DNA of 64,000 bases from Monocercomonoides exilis PA203. Lineage: Eukaryota > Protista > Preaxostyla. The position numbers and the translations under genes were made by a program. The stretch spans positions 2,170,001-2,234,000 of the forward strand of contig LSRY02000001.1 of NCBI GenBank assembly GCA_001643675.2, in the 5' to 3' direction. Positions 24,001 through 37,085 of this stretch are shown one piece after another. Numbering within the stretch: position 1 is the stretch's first letter; each line of letters begins with the position of its first letter. The notes below the pieces were generated by a model, which searched no databases, was not told the DNA's origin, and saw only the letters and a list, made by a program, of their open reading frames with translations.

Positions 24001-27000
24001 TCATTCAACTCACAAAACATCCCTCCTCCCTTTCCACACTTCAACCCTCCACATCTCTTCGTCGTTGTGTTTCGAATCACCATTTTCAATGGCGCATCAT
24101 TCTCATTTCGAATGATCGAGATGTTTTCTGTCTTGTTCTGGGTGACTTCTTCGAACAAACTCCACTCAATATTAATGCTTTTTTCTCCTTCATTGCTCCC
24201 TCTCTTCTCTCCAGCTGATCCCTTTGACATCCTCAATCCACTTGCTCCCTCCACCTCAATATTCTTCATCGTCAGATTTTTCGCATTCAGCACTGTTGTT
24301 GACAACACAGAAATAACATCCTGCGAAAAGCTCAACAATTGCATCGTCACCAATTCCAGCACAACTGTCCCTCCATCTGCTTTGATCAGCCCATAATCTG
24401 TCAATTCTTCTCTCTCATCCCCCTTTTTGGTGAATGAGCAGTCTTTCACAGTCAACAATCCCTCACTTGAGCCAACATGCATCAAATAATACACTCCACT
24501 CATGAATGATGAAGGAATCACAAACTTGATCAATTCAAAATTGGTAATGCCAGAAATCTTCATTGCTGCTCCTTCTGCTCCTTCTGCTCCTTCAAGCGAT
24601 GAGACACATTCCAATGAGCACATGCTGCTCTCATCCGATTTCACTGATATTCCACTCACATCAACACTCTTCTGAAGATACCCTTTTCCAATGATGCTGA
24701 CATTCATTTTATTTCCTTCTGCCAGTCTTCTCAACGAATGATCCATCGACAGACAAGGATAATCCGAGAATCCACACACACACACATCACAACCTTCGCT
24801 CCCAATAAATATCTCTGACCCAATCGCTCGCCAGAAATTGACCAGCGGAATGGCATTCGTTGTGTCACTCCCATCAAAGCCTCTCAGGGAATTCAATGAA
24901 ATACCATCCAGATGCCCAGATACAAATGGAAGAGAGGTGTTTGTGATGCTCTTTGTCAAGTTTGGTGATTCAACAAACAGGTCATTTCCATATTTTGCAG
25001 CATTTGGCTTGTCTGCCTCAAAAACAGGGGATGAGATCACAAATGAAGAATCATCATCAATCAATTTCAGCGCCATCCCTCCCCCAAACCCAATCTTCCG
25101 TTCTTCTGCTGGCGCTGTGCATCCTGTAAATGTGCAAGAAATAACATTCATTTGAATGCTCCCTTTCAACTGAGCATCAATGGCCCCTCCTCTGCTTCCA
25201 TCACCAGCCACAGAGCATCCATCAAAAACACACTCTTCAATATTTATTTGTGTGTTTGTATTTTCATCAAAGTTGTTGTCAATGCTCACACACCCTCCAT
25301 TTCCAGCTGCTCTTTCGATTTTTGTGAAATTGCTGTTCGTCATGTTCAACCATAGAGTGCTCATTGACTCGGTATTTGTGCTGCTCCCTCTCAACCAGAT
25401 CAGCGGATTTCTCCTCAAATCAATTGATGAAGCTGAGAATTTGTCGATTAACAGGATCCCTGACTCAACAGACAAGAACAGAATTGTCAATTCTGATGAT
25501 GGATTTTGAAGAGAAAGCGAACATTGAGACAGAGTTATTGAAGAAGAAGAAGAAGAAGAAATGAAAGTGGAGTGAAGAGGAAGGGAAGAAGGAAGAGAGA
25601 AGATAAGTTTTGATAATTCCGTTTCAACACTTGCTGTTATCATAGATGAATTGGATGTTTCACTTGAATCAGAGACTGTCCAACCACTTTGATCATTATT
25701 TCCTTTGACTTCATGTTTCTGTCCAGCAAAGTCCAATTCATCACTCATCATAATCATTCCATTTACGACAACTTTCTTTGTTCCTGTTTGTCTTGTGAGG
25801 GAGTGCTTCATTGTCAAACAAGGGAATTGGACAATTCCACAGTGTGAGTGATCAGATGCCTCAGAATTGCTCACATATATTTCTTCTGGTGTGGGGAGGA
25901 GATAGATGCACAGAGGGATAGCCACACTGTTGTTTCCGTTGTCATATCCTCTCACCTTCTCAACAGAATCCAATGAATCTGTCACACATGTGATGTTTTC
26001 TGATTTTGCTGTTTCTTCCAGATTTGGTGAAATAACAAAAATATCTCTTCCCCATTTGGCTGTGTTTGTGCCAAACGAAGAGGATATCAGGAAATTGGGA
26101 TTTTCATTCAACAATCGAAGAAGGATTCCTCCTCCAAATCCATATGTTGCAGAGCAATAGCACCCATCAAAATTACCTCCTTTCACTTTCACTTCATTTC
26201 CATTCCCAACACACAGCATCATCGATCCCCCATCAGTCGATGTTCTGCTTCCACATCCTTCAAAAGTGCAACAATTCACATCAATGTTGGACTTGTCATT
26301 CGAAAACGACATCACTGCTACTCCGCTCATTGTTCTCTCAATCCCATCAAAACCACACTCTGAAAGTGCCAATGAAATCTCATTTGTTGAAGAAAGCGAA
26401 AACAGTGAATTTCTGGAAATTGTCTTTGCCCAGCTCACATGTTCCATCTGAAACATCCCATTCTGAACATTGATCAGTTCTGTCGAAAATGCTGTTTCTG
26501 TTGATTGTCCGCTCCCAAAAGATATGTTCAGTCTGCTGATCCTCATTCCTCCTGCTCCACTTATCTCAAACAGTCTAGACCCACAATTATTCGGATGAGC
26601 CGAGTCATGCACAAGAATAAAGTCTCTGGCAGTCAATGCTCCTGTCGAGACTGAAAATAGAGACAGCCCAGATGCTTCAAATTCTGTATGAATTGCTGTG
26701 CTCATATTGCTTTGGCCATAAACAGTAAAAGTATTGACTCCACAATCAAAACTATTTGTTTCGATGATCGTTCCTGAAGAAACTTCCACATTGGGAACCA
26801 AGTCTGGAATGAGTTGTGTAAGGCAACGGCTGATCGTGCTGCATGGATAAGATTCATAAATTCCACATGCATATGTGTCGTTGCCTTTTGGTTGCGAATC
26901 AGTTGATGAGACAAATCTCACATTTCCAAAATCATTGCGAAGCCAATCACTCCGATAGGTATTAGAATTATAATTAGTACAAACTCTGTATGATGTTTGG

Positions 27001-28496
27001 CCGGTTGAATAGCAGGTTGGATCAATATTATTTGAGGTTGAACCATGAAGCAACATATCGTAGCCACACCTTGTGCCTGTGTTATTGTGGAAATAACAAT
27101 AATAAAACAAAACTCTTTTGTTATTTGCATTCAGCAACAAGCAAACTGCTCCTCCCGAAAGCGAAGAGCAATGATAAAATAAACAATTTGAGAATATAAT
27201 TTGAATTGTTCCATCCCAATGAATAATTGCGCCTCCGCAAGAAGTTGAAGAATTTGACGCTTGACAAAATTTGAAGAATGAGTTAATAACGCATTTTTTT
27301 TGTTTTTGAGCAGTTTCTTGATAAAAACCAATTCCTCCTCCGTCATTGGCAGCAGAACAGTTATTAAATAAGCAATCGTCAACCATTGGCTGAACATAAA
27401 TTGTTTCAAACTGAATCCCTCCTCCACCCCAATCTGAAGAACCATATGTAACACATTGATCAAATGTTGAATGATGCACAATGCATTCAGCAATTTTCAA
27501 AGCATATATTCCTCCCCCTCTTGTGGATGAAGCATTGCATCTTGTGAATGAAGAATTCTCAACCGTGAGAATGGCACTTTTGTTATCATGAACAAACAGC
27601 GCTCCTCCTTGTGGTGCTGTGCAATCTTCCCATTCACACAACGAAAATGATTGGCTTTCTGTTGTGTTCAGTTTTTCTTTTTTCTCAAGAGCATTCGTTT
27701 CTCTTCTCCCGAAGTTCGTTGTTGCGTTTTTGCAGATGAATTCATGTGAAGAATAGGATCCGCTCGAAATCCCTCCTTCAAAGACATTCACACACGAATA
27801 AATGAGTGCATTTTCAATTGAACTTCGAAAACATGAATGTTCCACAAAATGATCGCTATTCGTGTTATATTTCACAGACATGTTCCTGAAGGCACAATTA
27901 ATGATCTGTTCACTTTTGCTCTTTCCTGATAACAGGAAATTGTCTGAAGATGAGATAGCCAGGTCTGTGATGATGGAGTTGCTCAAAATAACAGAATTGG
28001 AATCATCAGATGAAAATATGAGACTGGAAGGGTTAATACTCTTTTGGGGTATCAATGTCATGTTTGTGAGGCAGATTGACCCGATATTCAAATGAAAAGG
28101 AGATTCCGACTTTTGGAAGGAAATGCAGGAATCCAACACCACATTCGATTTATCTGTAATTAGAATAAATGGCGAGGAAGAATATTCGACTGCCACATTT
28201 TTCAGTCCAACTGAAGAATTGGAAAAGCACAAAAATGAATAAATCGCTGTGCATGTTCCTGCCTTCCATCTGTTCATTCCTGATACTTTTCTCTGTTCTA
28301 AAAAATAATTATTATTGTCATTTGTGGGAAATTGTGCATCATTTGAGTTATCTTGACCGAAATAAATACAGTTATATTTAAAAGTTATCTTTGAAAAAAT
28401 ACCTTCATTCTTTAATGTGGCTGTTCCACAGATGACTTGAGATTTAGATGTCTCTGCCAAAATCAGATATGCTAAAAGGAACAAATGCACCCTCAT
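21059..28496 (-). CDS. Giant surface receptor (signal peptide, beta-helix-like ectodomain, TM, kinase-like C-lobe) split by a nonsense codon and a frameshift
   Basis: 1975-aa ORF with signal peptide MRVHLFLLAYLILAETS, GGG-I/F..C..GG repeats and recurring D...CG....PC modules. The TAA at 22569-22571 is followed in frame by PSMRRNIVCS. A frameshift at ~22370 leads to MKLTFKG..., the TM WSLVAFIGCIAIVIILLFVIVVVAVLL, then VFTLGLILHEMTTGEVP...MWADEPNDRPTL. Confidence 0.8.
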
Positions 28497-29855
28497 ACGG
28501 AAATAAATTCAGTTTTGATTTGAAAAATTAATTGTTATGAGAATGATCATTTTTTATTTCATTATCACGTGAATAAAAAAAGAAAAGGCGAAATTGAAAT
28601 ACTTATTATAATATTTGAAGCACATAATTAATGATGCAATGTTAAAATTATCCTATTTAACAGCTTATCAGCATAAAACTGTATCTTACAAAAAATATAT
28701 TTTGCCATGAATCATAACAACTATTTGAATGACAAATTTTATTAACAAAATGTAATATTGTGCTTGCCTTTTCAATGCAAATAAAATTGTTTCGACAATC
28801 TCTTAAAACAAAATAATATTTTATAATTATTTTTGAGAAAAATATGAATAAGAAAACATAAAAACAAACAAATATTAGCTGCTTTGTTGTTTGTTATTCA
28901 GAGAATATTTATGTTTTGATCCCAATTCGCTTCGAAAATGAATGACAAACCATAGTTATGTTTTCAGATTGACTTGTTTTTTAAAATGCTTTTGTTGAAC
29001 ATGTGATCGAGGATTTCGAAGAATCCTATGATTATGTCTTTTGTTGAGAAATGATTTTTTCATTTGACTGTGGAATTGGATTCAAGCATTTGTATGTGAT
29101 AGAAAAAGCAGTTTGCATAACCATTTGATAAGATTGTTTTTCGGACAAATATGAAAGAAATGGTTTATATTTCCATTGGCTGACTGAAAAAAGATGAAAG
29201 GGGAAGAGACTTAAAGAATGGAAAGTTATATATTTGCTCATTTCTGGTTTGTGGAATGATATTTTTTTATATCATTTGTTCGTTTTGCAGGCATTTGATT
29301 TGGAATATGGATAAACAACTGTTGAAAATTGCTTTTCTGAAAGAAGAACTGTTGAGAATTTTTGTTAAAGATGAAGTTTGTAATTATTTTCGAATATTTT
29401 AATTTTATTTGACTCCAGCGCAGAAATCAAGGAAATAAATTGAATGAATGATGTTTCCTTATCCAGTTGGTTACAAAGCTCGAATAACTGGCTCATGTGG
29501 AAAGAAAGCAGGGCGAAGAGATTGGATGGGTGTTGGATGAAGCCAATTCTTGATAATCTGAAGGAATTGAAAAGAAAACATAAATTTGTTGTTTTTCAGA
29601 ATGTTCAGAAACCTTCTCAAATGGAGATGAAAAGACTTTTGGAAATGGATGATTGGAGAATATGTTGCTGAAACTGTTGTTGATGGGGGAATGATGAATT
29701 TATTATTGAAGAAAACGAACAATTCCAATGGAACTAAAATTAAAAATGGCTAACAAATCAAAAGGTTTGCTTTATCATTTTAAAAAAAAATTTTTTTATT
29801 GAATTTTTATTGTTTTCTTTTAAGCAATCTAAAAAGCGAGGGATTTGATGACTTT

Positions 29856-30186
29856 GAAGAAGAAGAAAAGAGGAGAAGGAGAAGGCAAAGAAGAAGAAAG
29901 ACAAAAATTCAAGAAATGACGAAGATGCATTGCATTGGGTTTTTGCGAAGAGTAATTTTGGAAGAAAGATTATTTTTGAGAAAGAAGTGAAGGAAAAGCG
30001 GAAGACTTTGAATGAAAAGAATGATTTCCAAATCTTTCATGTATTTTTGAAGGTGAAAAGGAAAAATCAAGTTGAATGCGTGAAAGATTGAGAAGGCGCT
30101 GTTTCTGAGAAGAACACACAAAAATGGAAGAAGAAGAAGAACAACGTTTGATTTTGCTGAATTTCAATCAATTTTATTTGATGTTG
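29856..30186 (+). repeat. ~330-bp repeat, inverted copy of 39495-39825
   Basis: The core 29921-30180 appears identical. The ORF track gives identical peptides on opposite strands (29970-30167 minus and 39514-39711 plus). Confidence 0.9.
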
Positions 30187-30878
30187 TTTCAGCTCTAAAT
30201 TTTTTCAAGCTAATCATCTCATTTTGCATTTAAACCACTGATTCGTTAGTTAAGCTTCTTCCTCCTCCTCCACATCATCTCCTTCTTCTTCTTTTCTTTT
30301 TCTTCTTCTTCTTCTTCTTCTTCTTCTTTTCTTCTTCTTCTTCTTCTTCTTTATTTGTTTCTTCTTCTATTCAGTTGTCCAAAAGAAAGAATAAATGAAT
30401 GAATATTTGTCCCTTCGATTTCTTCTGCCACACCCTCAGACACTCCACAAACACATTCACTCACTCACTCGCTCATTCATTCACTCATTTATTCAACTCT
30501 TGCTGTGGCTGATGCAAATGAATGCATCTCTGAAGAGATTTGAAATGCAAATACAAAAAAATAAAAAAATTTAAAAAATAAAAAAATAAAAAAAAAATGA
30601 ATTTGTTAACAGAAATGTCTGATTTCAATTTTTCTAATGTTTCTGAGGATTTTTGTTCAAAATCAAAAGAACAGAAAAATAAAATGCAATACTGATAAAA
30701 AAAATTACTGTTTCTAATATATACATTAATTATCAAATTAATATGACGAAAAAAAAAGTTTCATTCAAAAAATTGATTACTTTATGATCAAATATATAAT
30801 AATTATAAAGAAAGCATTTTTTTTCTCAATTGACATTTTCGCTGCTAATATTGTAAGAAGAGCTGCAAAACTGAAGCA

Positions 30879-33071
30879 ATGAGCAAAATAATTGAAAGCA
30901 ACACTGACTCGCAAAAAGCGAATTGTGAACTCTCTTTAAAGGACGAGAAAGGAAGAACAAAAGCAATGAGATGGATTATTGAAAAAAAAACTGAACCACC
31001 AATAGAAATAAGACACGATGTTACAATTTCGGATAATGAAGGAAATGCTATGTCAATGTTGTGGATTGGATTTACACATACGGAACCTCCAGAATGGATG
31101 AGACACGATATTGCACTTTGCAACAATTACGGATGGACAATGGCCATGAATTGGATTCAGTTTGTTCAAACAGAACCACCAGAATGGATGAGACACGATA
31201 TTGCACTTTGCAACAATTACGGATGGACAATGGCCATGAATTGGATTCAGTTTGTTCAAACAGAACCACCAGAATGGATGAGACACGATATTGCACTTTG
31301 CAACAATTACGGATGGACAATGGCCATGAATTGGATTCAGTTTGTTCAAACAGAACCACCAGAATGGATGAGACACGATATTGCACTTTGCAACAATTAC
31401 GGATGGACAATGGCGATGCTGTGGATTAGATATGTTGGAACTGATCCACCAGAATGGATGAAACACGAGATTACTCTTGCAAATAAGAACGGATGGACAA
31501 TGGCGATGATATGGATAGAGAATGTCAAAACGGACACTCCTAAGTGGATGAGGCATGACATTACACTTGGCAATAAAGACGGAAACACAATGGCGATGCT
31601 ATGGATTTTAAAAGTTAAAACAGAGCCTCCAGAATGGATGAGACACGATATTGCACTTTACAACAATTACGGATGGACAATGGCCATGAAGTGGATCAAT
31701 AATGTGAAGACAGAACCACCAGAATGGATGAGACACGATATTGCACTTTGCAACAATTACGGATGGACAATGGCCATGAAGTGGATCAATAATGTGAAGA
31801 CAGAACCACCAGAATGGATGAGACACGATATTGCACTTTGCAACAATAACGGATGGACAATGGCTATGCTATGGATTAATCATGTGAAGACAGAACCACC
31901 AGAATGGATGAGACACGATATCACACTTTGCAACAATAACGGATGGACAATGGCCATGCTGTGGATTCAAGAAATCCAAACAGACCCACCAGAATGGATG
32001 AGACACGATATTGCACTTTGCAACAATTACGGATGGACAATGGCCATGAAGTGGATCAATAATGTGAAGACAGAACCACCAGAATGGATGAGACACGATA
32101 TCACACTTTGCAACAATAACGGATGGACAATGGCCATGCTGTGGATTCAAGAAATCCAAACAGACCCACCAGAATGGATGAGGCATGATATCACACTTGA
32201 CAATAAAGGCGGATGGACACTGGCCATGATATGGATTTATCATGTCAAAACAGAACCACCGGAGTGGATGAGACACGATATCATACTTGACAGCAATAAC
32301 GGATGGACAATGGCCATTCTATGGATTTATCATGTGAAAACAGAACCACCGGAGTGGATGAGACACGACAATGAGCTTGCAGATAAATATGGAAAAACAA
32401 TGGCGATGAATTGGATTGAGGAAGTTAAAACAGAACCACCACTATGGATGATAATGGATAGCACACAAGGCACTAAGGAAGGGAGGACGTTGTCGATGAA
32501 GTGGATTGAAGAGAAAAAAACGGAACCTCCAGACTGGATGAGACATAGAAACACTTTTGTCAATTCGAAAGGACAGACAATGGCTATGAAGTGGATTTAT
32601 TACGTTAAAACAGAACCGCCAGAATGGATGAGACACAACATTGCCATTGGCGATAATGGAGGGAAAACAATGGCCATGTGTTGGATAAAGGAAATCAAAA
32701 CAGAACCACCTTTGTCAATAAGGCATGAAATAGCAAAAAAAGATAACAATGGCGAAACAATGGCGATGAAGTGGATTCAGTTTACTGAAACTGAACCGCC
32801 AGAATGGATGAGACATGACAATCGGGTTGCGGACAGGGATGGAAAAAGGATGGCAGATTATTGGGAAAGATATGTTGGGAATGAGATTCCAGAATGGATG
32901 AAGTGCGATGAATCAATTTCCGCTGATGAAGCTCTTGATGAAGCTGATGAGCCCGTTGAAGAACTTGATGATGAAGAAATGATAAAGACAATAAATTTGA
33001 TCAAAGAAAGTTTAAAGAAGTATCGGGGAAAAAGTGGAAAGAAAATGCGCTTGTTGATTAGGATTGAATAG
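30879..33071 (+). CDS. Intronless 730-aa tandem-repeat protein: 21 x 30-aa divergent ankyrin-like repeats (TEPPEWMRHD...NxxGWTMAMxWIxxVK)
   Basis: Open frame with exact 90-bp periodicity at 30990-32879, plus a partial N-cap repeat. (D/N)xxGxTxxM resembles the ankyrin hairpin and first helix. Acidic linker and basic C-terminal tail. Confidence 0.9.
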   Translation: MSKIIESNTDSQKANCELSLKDEKGRTKAMRWIIEKKTEPPIEIRHDVTISDNEGNAMSMLWIGFTHTEPPEWMRHDIALCNNYGWTMAMNWIQFVQTEPPEWMRHDIALCNNYGWTMAMNWIQFVQTEPPEWMRHDIALCNNYGWTMAMNWIQFVQTEPPEWMRHDIALCNNYGWTMAMLWIRYVGTDPPEWMKHEITLANKNGWTMAMIWIENVKTDTPKWMRHDITLGNKDGNTMAMLWILKVKTEPPEWMRHDIALYNNYGWTMAMKWINNVKTEPPEWMRHDIALCNNYGWTMAMKWINNVKTEPPEWMRHDIALCNNNGWTMAMLWINHVKTEPPEWMRHDITLCNNNGWTMAMLWIQEIQTDPPEWMRHDIALCNNYGWTMAMKWINNVKTEPPEWMRHDITLCNNNGWTMAMLWIQEIQTDPPEWMRHDITLDNKGGWTLAMIWIYHVKTEPPEWMRHDIILDSNNGWTMAILWIYHVKTEPPEWMRHDNELADKYGKTMAMNWIEEVKTEPPLWMIMDSTQGTKEGRTLSMKWIEEKKTEPPDWMRHRNTFVNSKGQTMAMKWIYYVKTEPPEWMRHNIAIGDNGGKTMAMCWIKEIKTEPPLSIRHEIAKKDNNGETMAMKWIQFTETEPPEWMRHDNRVADRDGKRMADYWERYVGNEIPEWMKCDESISADEALDEADEPVEELDDEEMIKTINLIKESLKKYRGKSGKKMRLLIRIE
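30990..32879 (+). repeat. Coding 90-bp tandem array (21 units)
   Basis: No indels between units. ~31086-31413 is perfect at the nucleotide level with period 90. Confidence 0.95.
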
Positions 33072-33886
33072 AGAAGGGAATAATGAGGACTTATTGGCTG
33101 AAATGAGATATATCACCATCACCAATGAAACAATGCATTGCAAACAGAGATGAATGAGAAAGGGTGAGCGTTAAAATAGAGACAGCAGAAATGGAAGAAA
33201 TCTAATAATTCAGCAAGAAGGTTTGCTTCACAAGCGCTGAAAATATTTTTTTTTCAACAGTTTGAATAGACAAATCAGCAGATAGACATGCGTATCAGTT
33301 AAGAACATTCTGCGACATTTCAAAATTCATGACTCTTCTTTCTTTCTTCTCTCTTTCTTTGAAGCTGCTTTTGCTCAATTGGCAGATGCTTGGGCATGCT
33401 TCAAACATATTTCATTTTGATATCCTTTCCATTTGCTTCTGATTACTTTTTCGTTTTACCAGAACAATTGAAGCTATTCATTTTAATTGTCGTTTATTCT
33501 TTTTTTTTAATTTTTATTTGATAATGTAAATAATCAAAGAAAATCTCAATTCAAATCATCTTCTTTTCTTCATTTTATCATTTGCCAATGTGACCAAAAG
33601 TTCACTTTGGATTTTTGATAATGAAATGAGTATTTACGTGATTTGAAGTTGAGAAAATCATAGAGAACAAAGTGAAGGAGGCTGTGAAAATGATCTGTCT
33701 ACGATGTTGAGGGAGAAGTGAGGATGAGCTTGATGTTTTCAAAGAATGCAACAATTCTAACTGCCTCTGAGGCAAATTGGCTTTTCAATGGATTTTAGTA
33801 GTGTTTGCTGTGAAAATAAGGAAAGAGTTTCATTTCCAGCCTCGGAACCTCTGCCTCAGTTTAATTCCTGCCCAGATGCTGCTCAA

Positions 33887-34560
33887 TCACCTCTGATCTT
33901 CTTCATTTTCTTCGCCAATCATCTGCTCGCTTAAATTTCCTCTTTTTGAAATCTTTTCCACTTTTCTTTTTCTTCTTCTTCCCTTCTCTCTTCTTTTTTT
34001 TTCTTTGCTTCTCTGCTTTTCAACTTTTTCCTCCACCTCTTCTCGCTCCTTCAGCGCCGCCAGTGCAATTGCTTCAGTCAACAGAACCGCATCCTCCATC
34101 CTCAGCCCCGCCGCCGACAGCCCCTTCTCCACAATCTCTCCCACTTCACACACTTCAACCCTTCACCCCATCACTTCATCATCCAACTTCACCACCACGC
34201 GCTTGCTCTACGTCGTAGTGTTCACCAACGCTGTTAGCGAAGGAAGAAGCTGAAACAACCGAACTGAAAGCATAACCAAAAGTGCAACAATACAGGCGCA
34301 AGTAGCATCCCCATACATCATCGCCCGCAGCGCCACAACATATCCCGCAGCTTCTGCAGCACCCGCGTTGACAGCTGCAGCAGCAGCAATAGCAGCATGT
34401 CCCGCGCATACACCCCAGCTGCCTCAGATACAATAATCCGCAGCCGCCACTCGACGTTGTCCATTTCTGCTGCTGATGTGAATAATGCTGCCACCGCCGA
34501 CGCATCAGAAAAGTCAATCACAATCATCGATAATGATGGCTACTTATTCTCTGAAGATTT
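33887..34560 (-). pseudogene. GC-richer decayed gene fragment, possibly DUF4470-like
   Basis: IVIDFSDA...LFTS...RLRIIVSE...YARDMLLLLLL loosely resembles the DUF4470 pattern. Interrupted by stops. Confidence 0.3.
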
Positions 34561-34634
34561 CTTCTCTTCACTTCTTCCTCTACGGAATGGTGAAGCTGAT
34601 CGGCTTACTGCTCCAATTTAAAAAAGTGAAAGAA

Positions 34635-34769
34635 GGAGAAGAAGACGAAGATGAAGAAGAAGAAGAAGACGAAGAAGAAGAAGAAGAAGAATGAGAAGGG
34701 GAAGAATAAGTTAAATTAGAAGAAGCAGAAGAGGAGGAGGAGGAGGAAGAAGAAGAAGAAGAAGAAGAA

Positions 34770-34808
<39 letters not shown>

Positions 34809-34958
34809 GATGAAGAAGAAGAAGAGGAACAGAGGAAGAAGATAAAAAAGAAGAAGAAGAAGAAGAAAAGAAGAAGAAGAAGAAGAAGAAGAAGAAGAAG
34901 AAGAAGAAGAAGAAGAAGAAGAAGAAGAAGAAGAAGAAGAAGAAGAAGAAGAAGAAGA
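34635..34958. repeat. (GAA)n/(GAT)n/(GAG)n trinucleotide tract
   Basis: Seen directly. Probably a former poly-Ser coding tract on the minus strand. Confidence 0.9.
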
Positions 34959-37085
34959 GAATGATAATGATTATGATATGGAAAAGAAAAAGAAAGATAT
35001 TTTCTGACTATATTGCTGTTGTTTTGAAATGAAAAAATGCCAAAATGTTTTTTGTTTCATCTTTTTCAATTCAATTTTCCCTCTCTTTTCATTTTTCATC
35101 ATTTCCATTCATCTTTTCCCTTCTTTCTTCGTCTTTCACAGAACAGTCTTTTCACTCATTCTCTCTTTTCCCCAATTAAATTCTATCCCTCTTCGCTCTG
35201 ATCATCTGATGAAATACTTTTTCTTTCTCATCTTTCTTCTTCTTCCAATTACTCTTCCCTTCTTCTGCTTATATCCTCAAAATTTCACTTTTTAAGACTT
35301 TAGAACCAAATCCGGAGAATTAGCAGCATCGGAGTAATTTCCCTTTTCGATTGATTTTCCCAGCTTTTGTTTTATCTTTCTGCTTCTTCTTCTTTCCATA
35401 AATATTTTCCTTTTATTCCATGAAAATTCCCCCTTTCGGCTCATCTTTTGGGAAGTTTGCCGGAATTATTAATCCAAACATTTTCTTCATCTGATAAGTC
35501 TTCTTCTTCTCTCTTTCTTTCTTTCTCTTCTCTCTCTTTCTCCAATAAAAAATAGCTTACTTCTTTCTCTGTGCTTTCTTTCCTCATAATGAGGAACATC
35601 TTTTCTTCTTTCATTTCATTCATCAGAAAATATCCAATTCTTCTTTCAAAAATAGCTTATTTCCTCTTTCTCTCTTCTCTTTTCTTCTTCTTCGTCTTCT
35701 TCGTCTTCTTCTTCAAATCCACTTTTCTTGTTCACAACCATTTTTCCCTTGTTTTCTTGTCCATCGCTGAATCTTCCCTCCTTTTTCTCTTCTCTTTTTG
35801 GAAGCACTCCAATTCCAACTTAAATTCTGTGATTTCGCCAAAATTGTGAATCTTTCCATAAAAGCATCAAAATGGCTGTTTCCATCAAACAATTCTTTGA
35901 AATAACGATGACTGAGAAGAAGATGATGAGTTAACCGATGATGAAGCATGCATAACAGATGGCTGAAGTCACAAATGTTATTGTTGAATGCAACCCAAAC
36001 AAGAATAATCTCAAAATTTCTGAATCTTTCGCGAAATGAAAAGAAGATTTCTTTCCATAGCATTCCTGTTCGTAACCAATATGTATTCATTAAAAAAAGA
36101 CCTTTAAAGAAACATGAAAGAAATAAAAAAAGTCAAACCATTTTTTTTTTTGTCTTGAAATATTATCCTATCTCCAACGGATTGGTAATTATCAGCCCAG
36201 CTGGTTTTCTTGTTCTCCAAAATTGCCTCTCACCACATAAAAAAACAGACAACTGGGCAACAAATGGTTGGTAAAGAACATCATCGAAAGCAGAAAATCC
36301 TTTATGAAGCAGGCAATGATTTCATATGAAAACACACATTCTCCAAATAAACAAGAAATCAACTCTTTTTCAAAGACTTATTAAACGCCATTTCTTTGTT
36401 GATAGTTTTCCAAAGGGTTTCGCGTAAATGGCAATGCGTTTGTTGTAAAGGCCTGATGAGTGTTTCGCTCTGCTCGCTTCCTTCATTGTTCAATCCCCCA
36501 ATTCCCTTTCCTTTTCCACAAAATAAATCCTGCGCAAAAGATGTGCCAAGTAAACAACGTTTCCCTCGAAATGAGCAAGCGGTTCAATTCAATCCTTCAA
36601 AAATATTCTTATCGCTTTTTCTGCATCTTGCTTGAGTTATTTTTCATTCAAAGTATCACAGTCGATGTTGCACTGTATGTTTTGTGATTCACAACCAAGT
36701 TTTAATTTCGTGCAATTTCTCCTAACCAATTCACTTTTCGCAAGAAATCGATGTAAAAAGTCACTCGCTCATCCATCTGTAGGCAAAATTCATGCTCTTC
36801 TGCAATGCTATAACTCGCATCGGTGCATCTGTAGTCGTGTTCTCAAGCAGCTCAAACATGCTCTGGCTGCAGTTAATAATTTATCAAAAATCTTCACTGA
36901 TAAAATTAAAGGTTGCTCACCCATATTTCTTTGCTAAAAATAGATTATTTTGTTTCATTGATTTACTTGCATTGAGGCAAATGACATCGAAGTCACATGA
37001 AAATGTGTGGATTTCAGCGTTATTTGATATTTGATTTGGTGCTTTTAATTCTTTTAATTTGAACAAAACACGAATATTTCGAAAA

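Noticed and set aside
30990-32879. CRISPR-like array or diversity-generating retroelement target
   Set aside because: Units are in-frame coding repeats with recurring variable parts. There are no cas genes, reverse transcriptase or template repeat in the window, and the changes are not confined to adenines.
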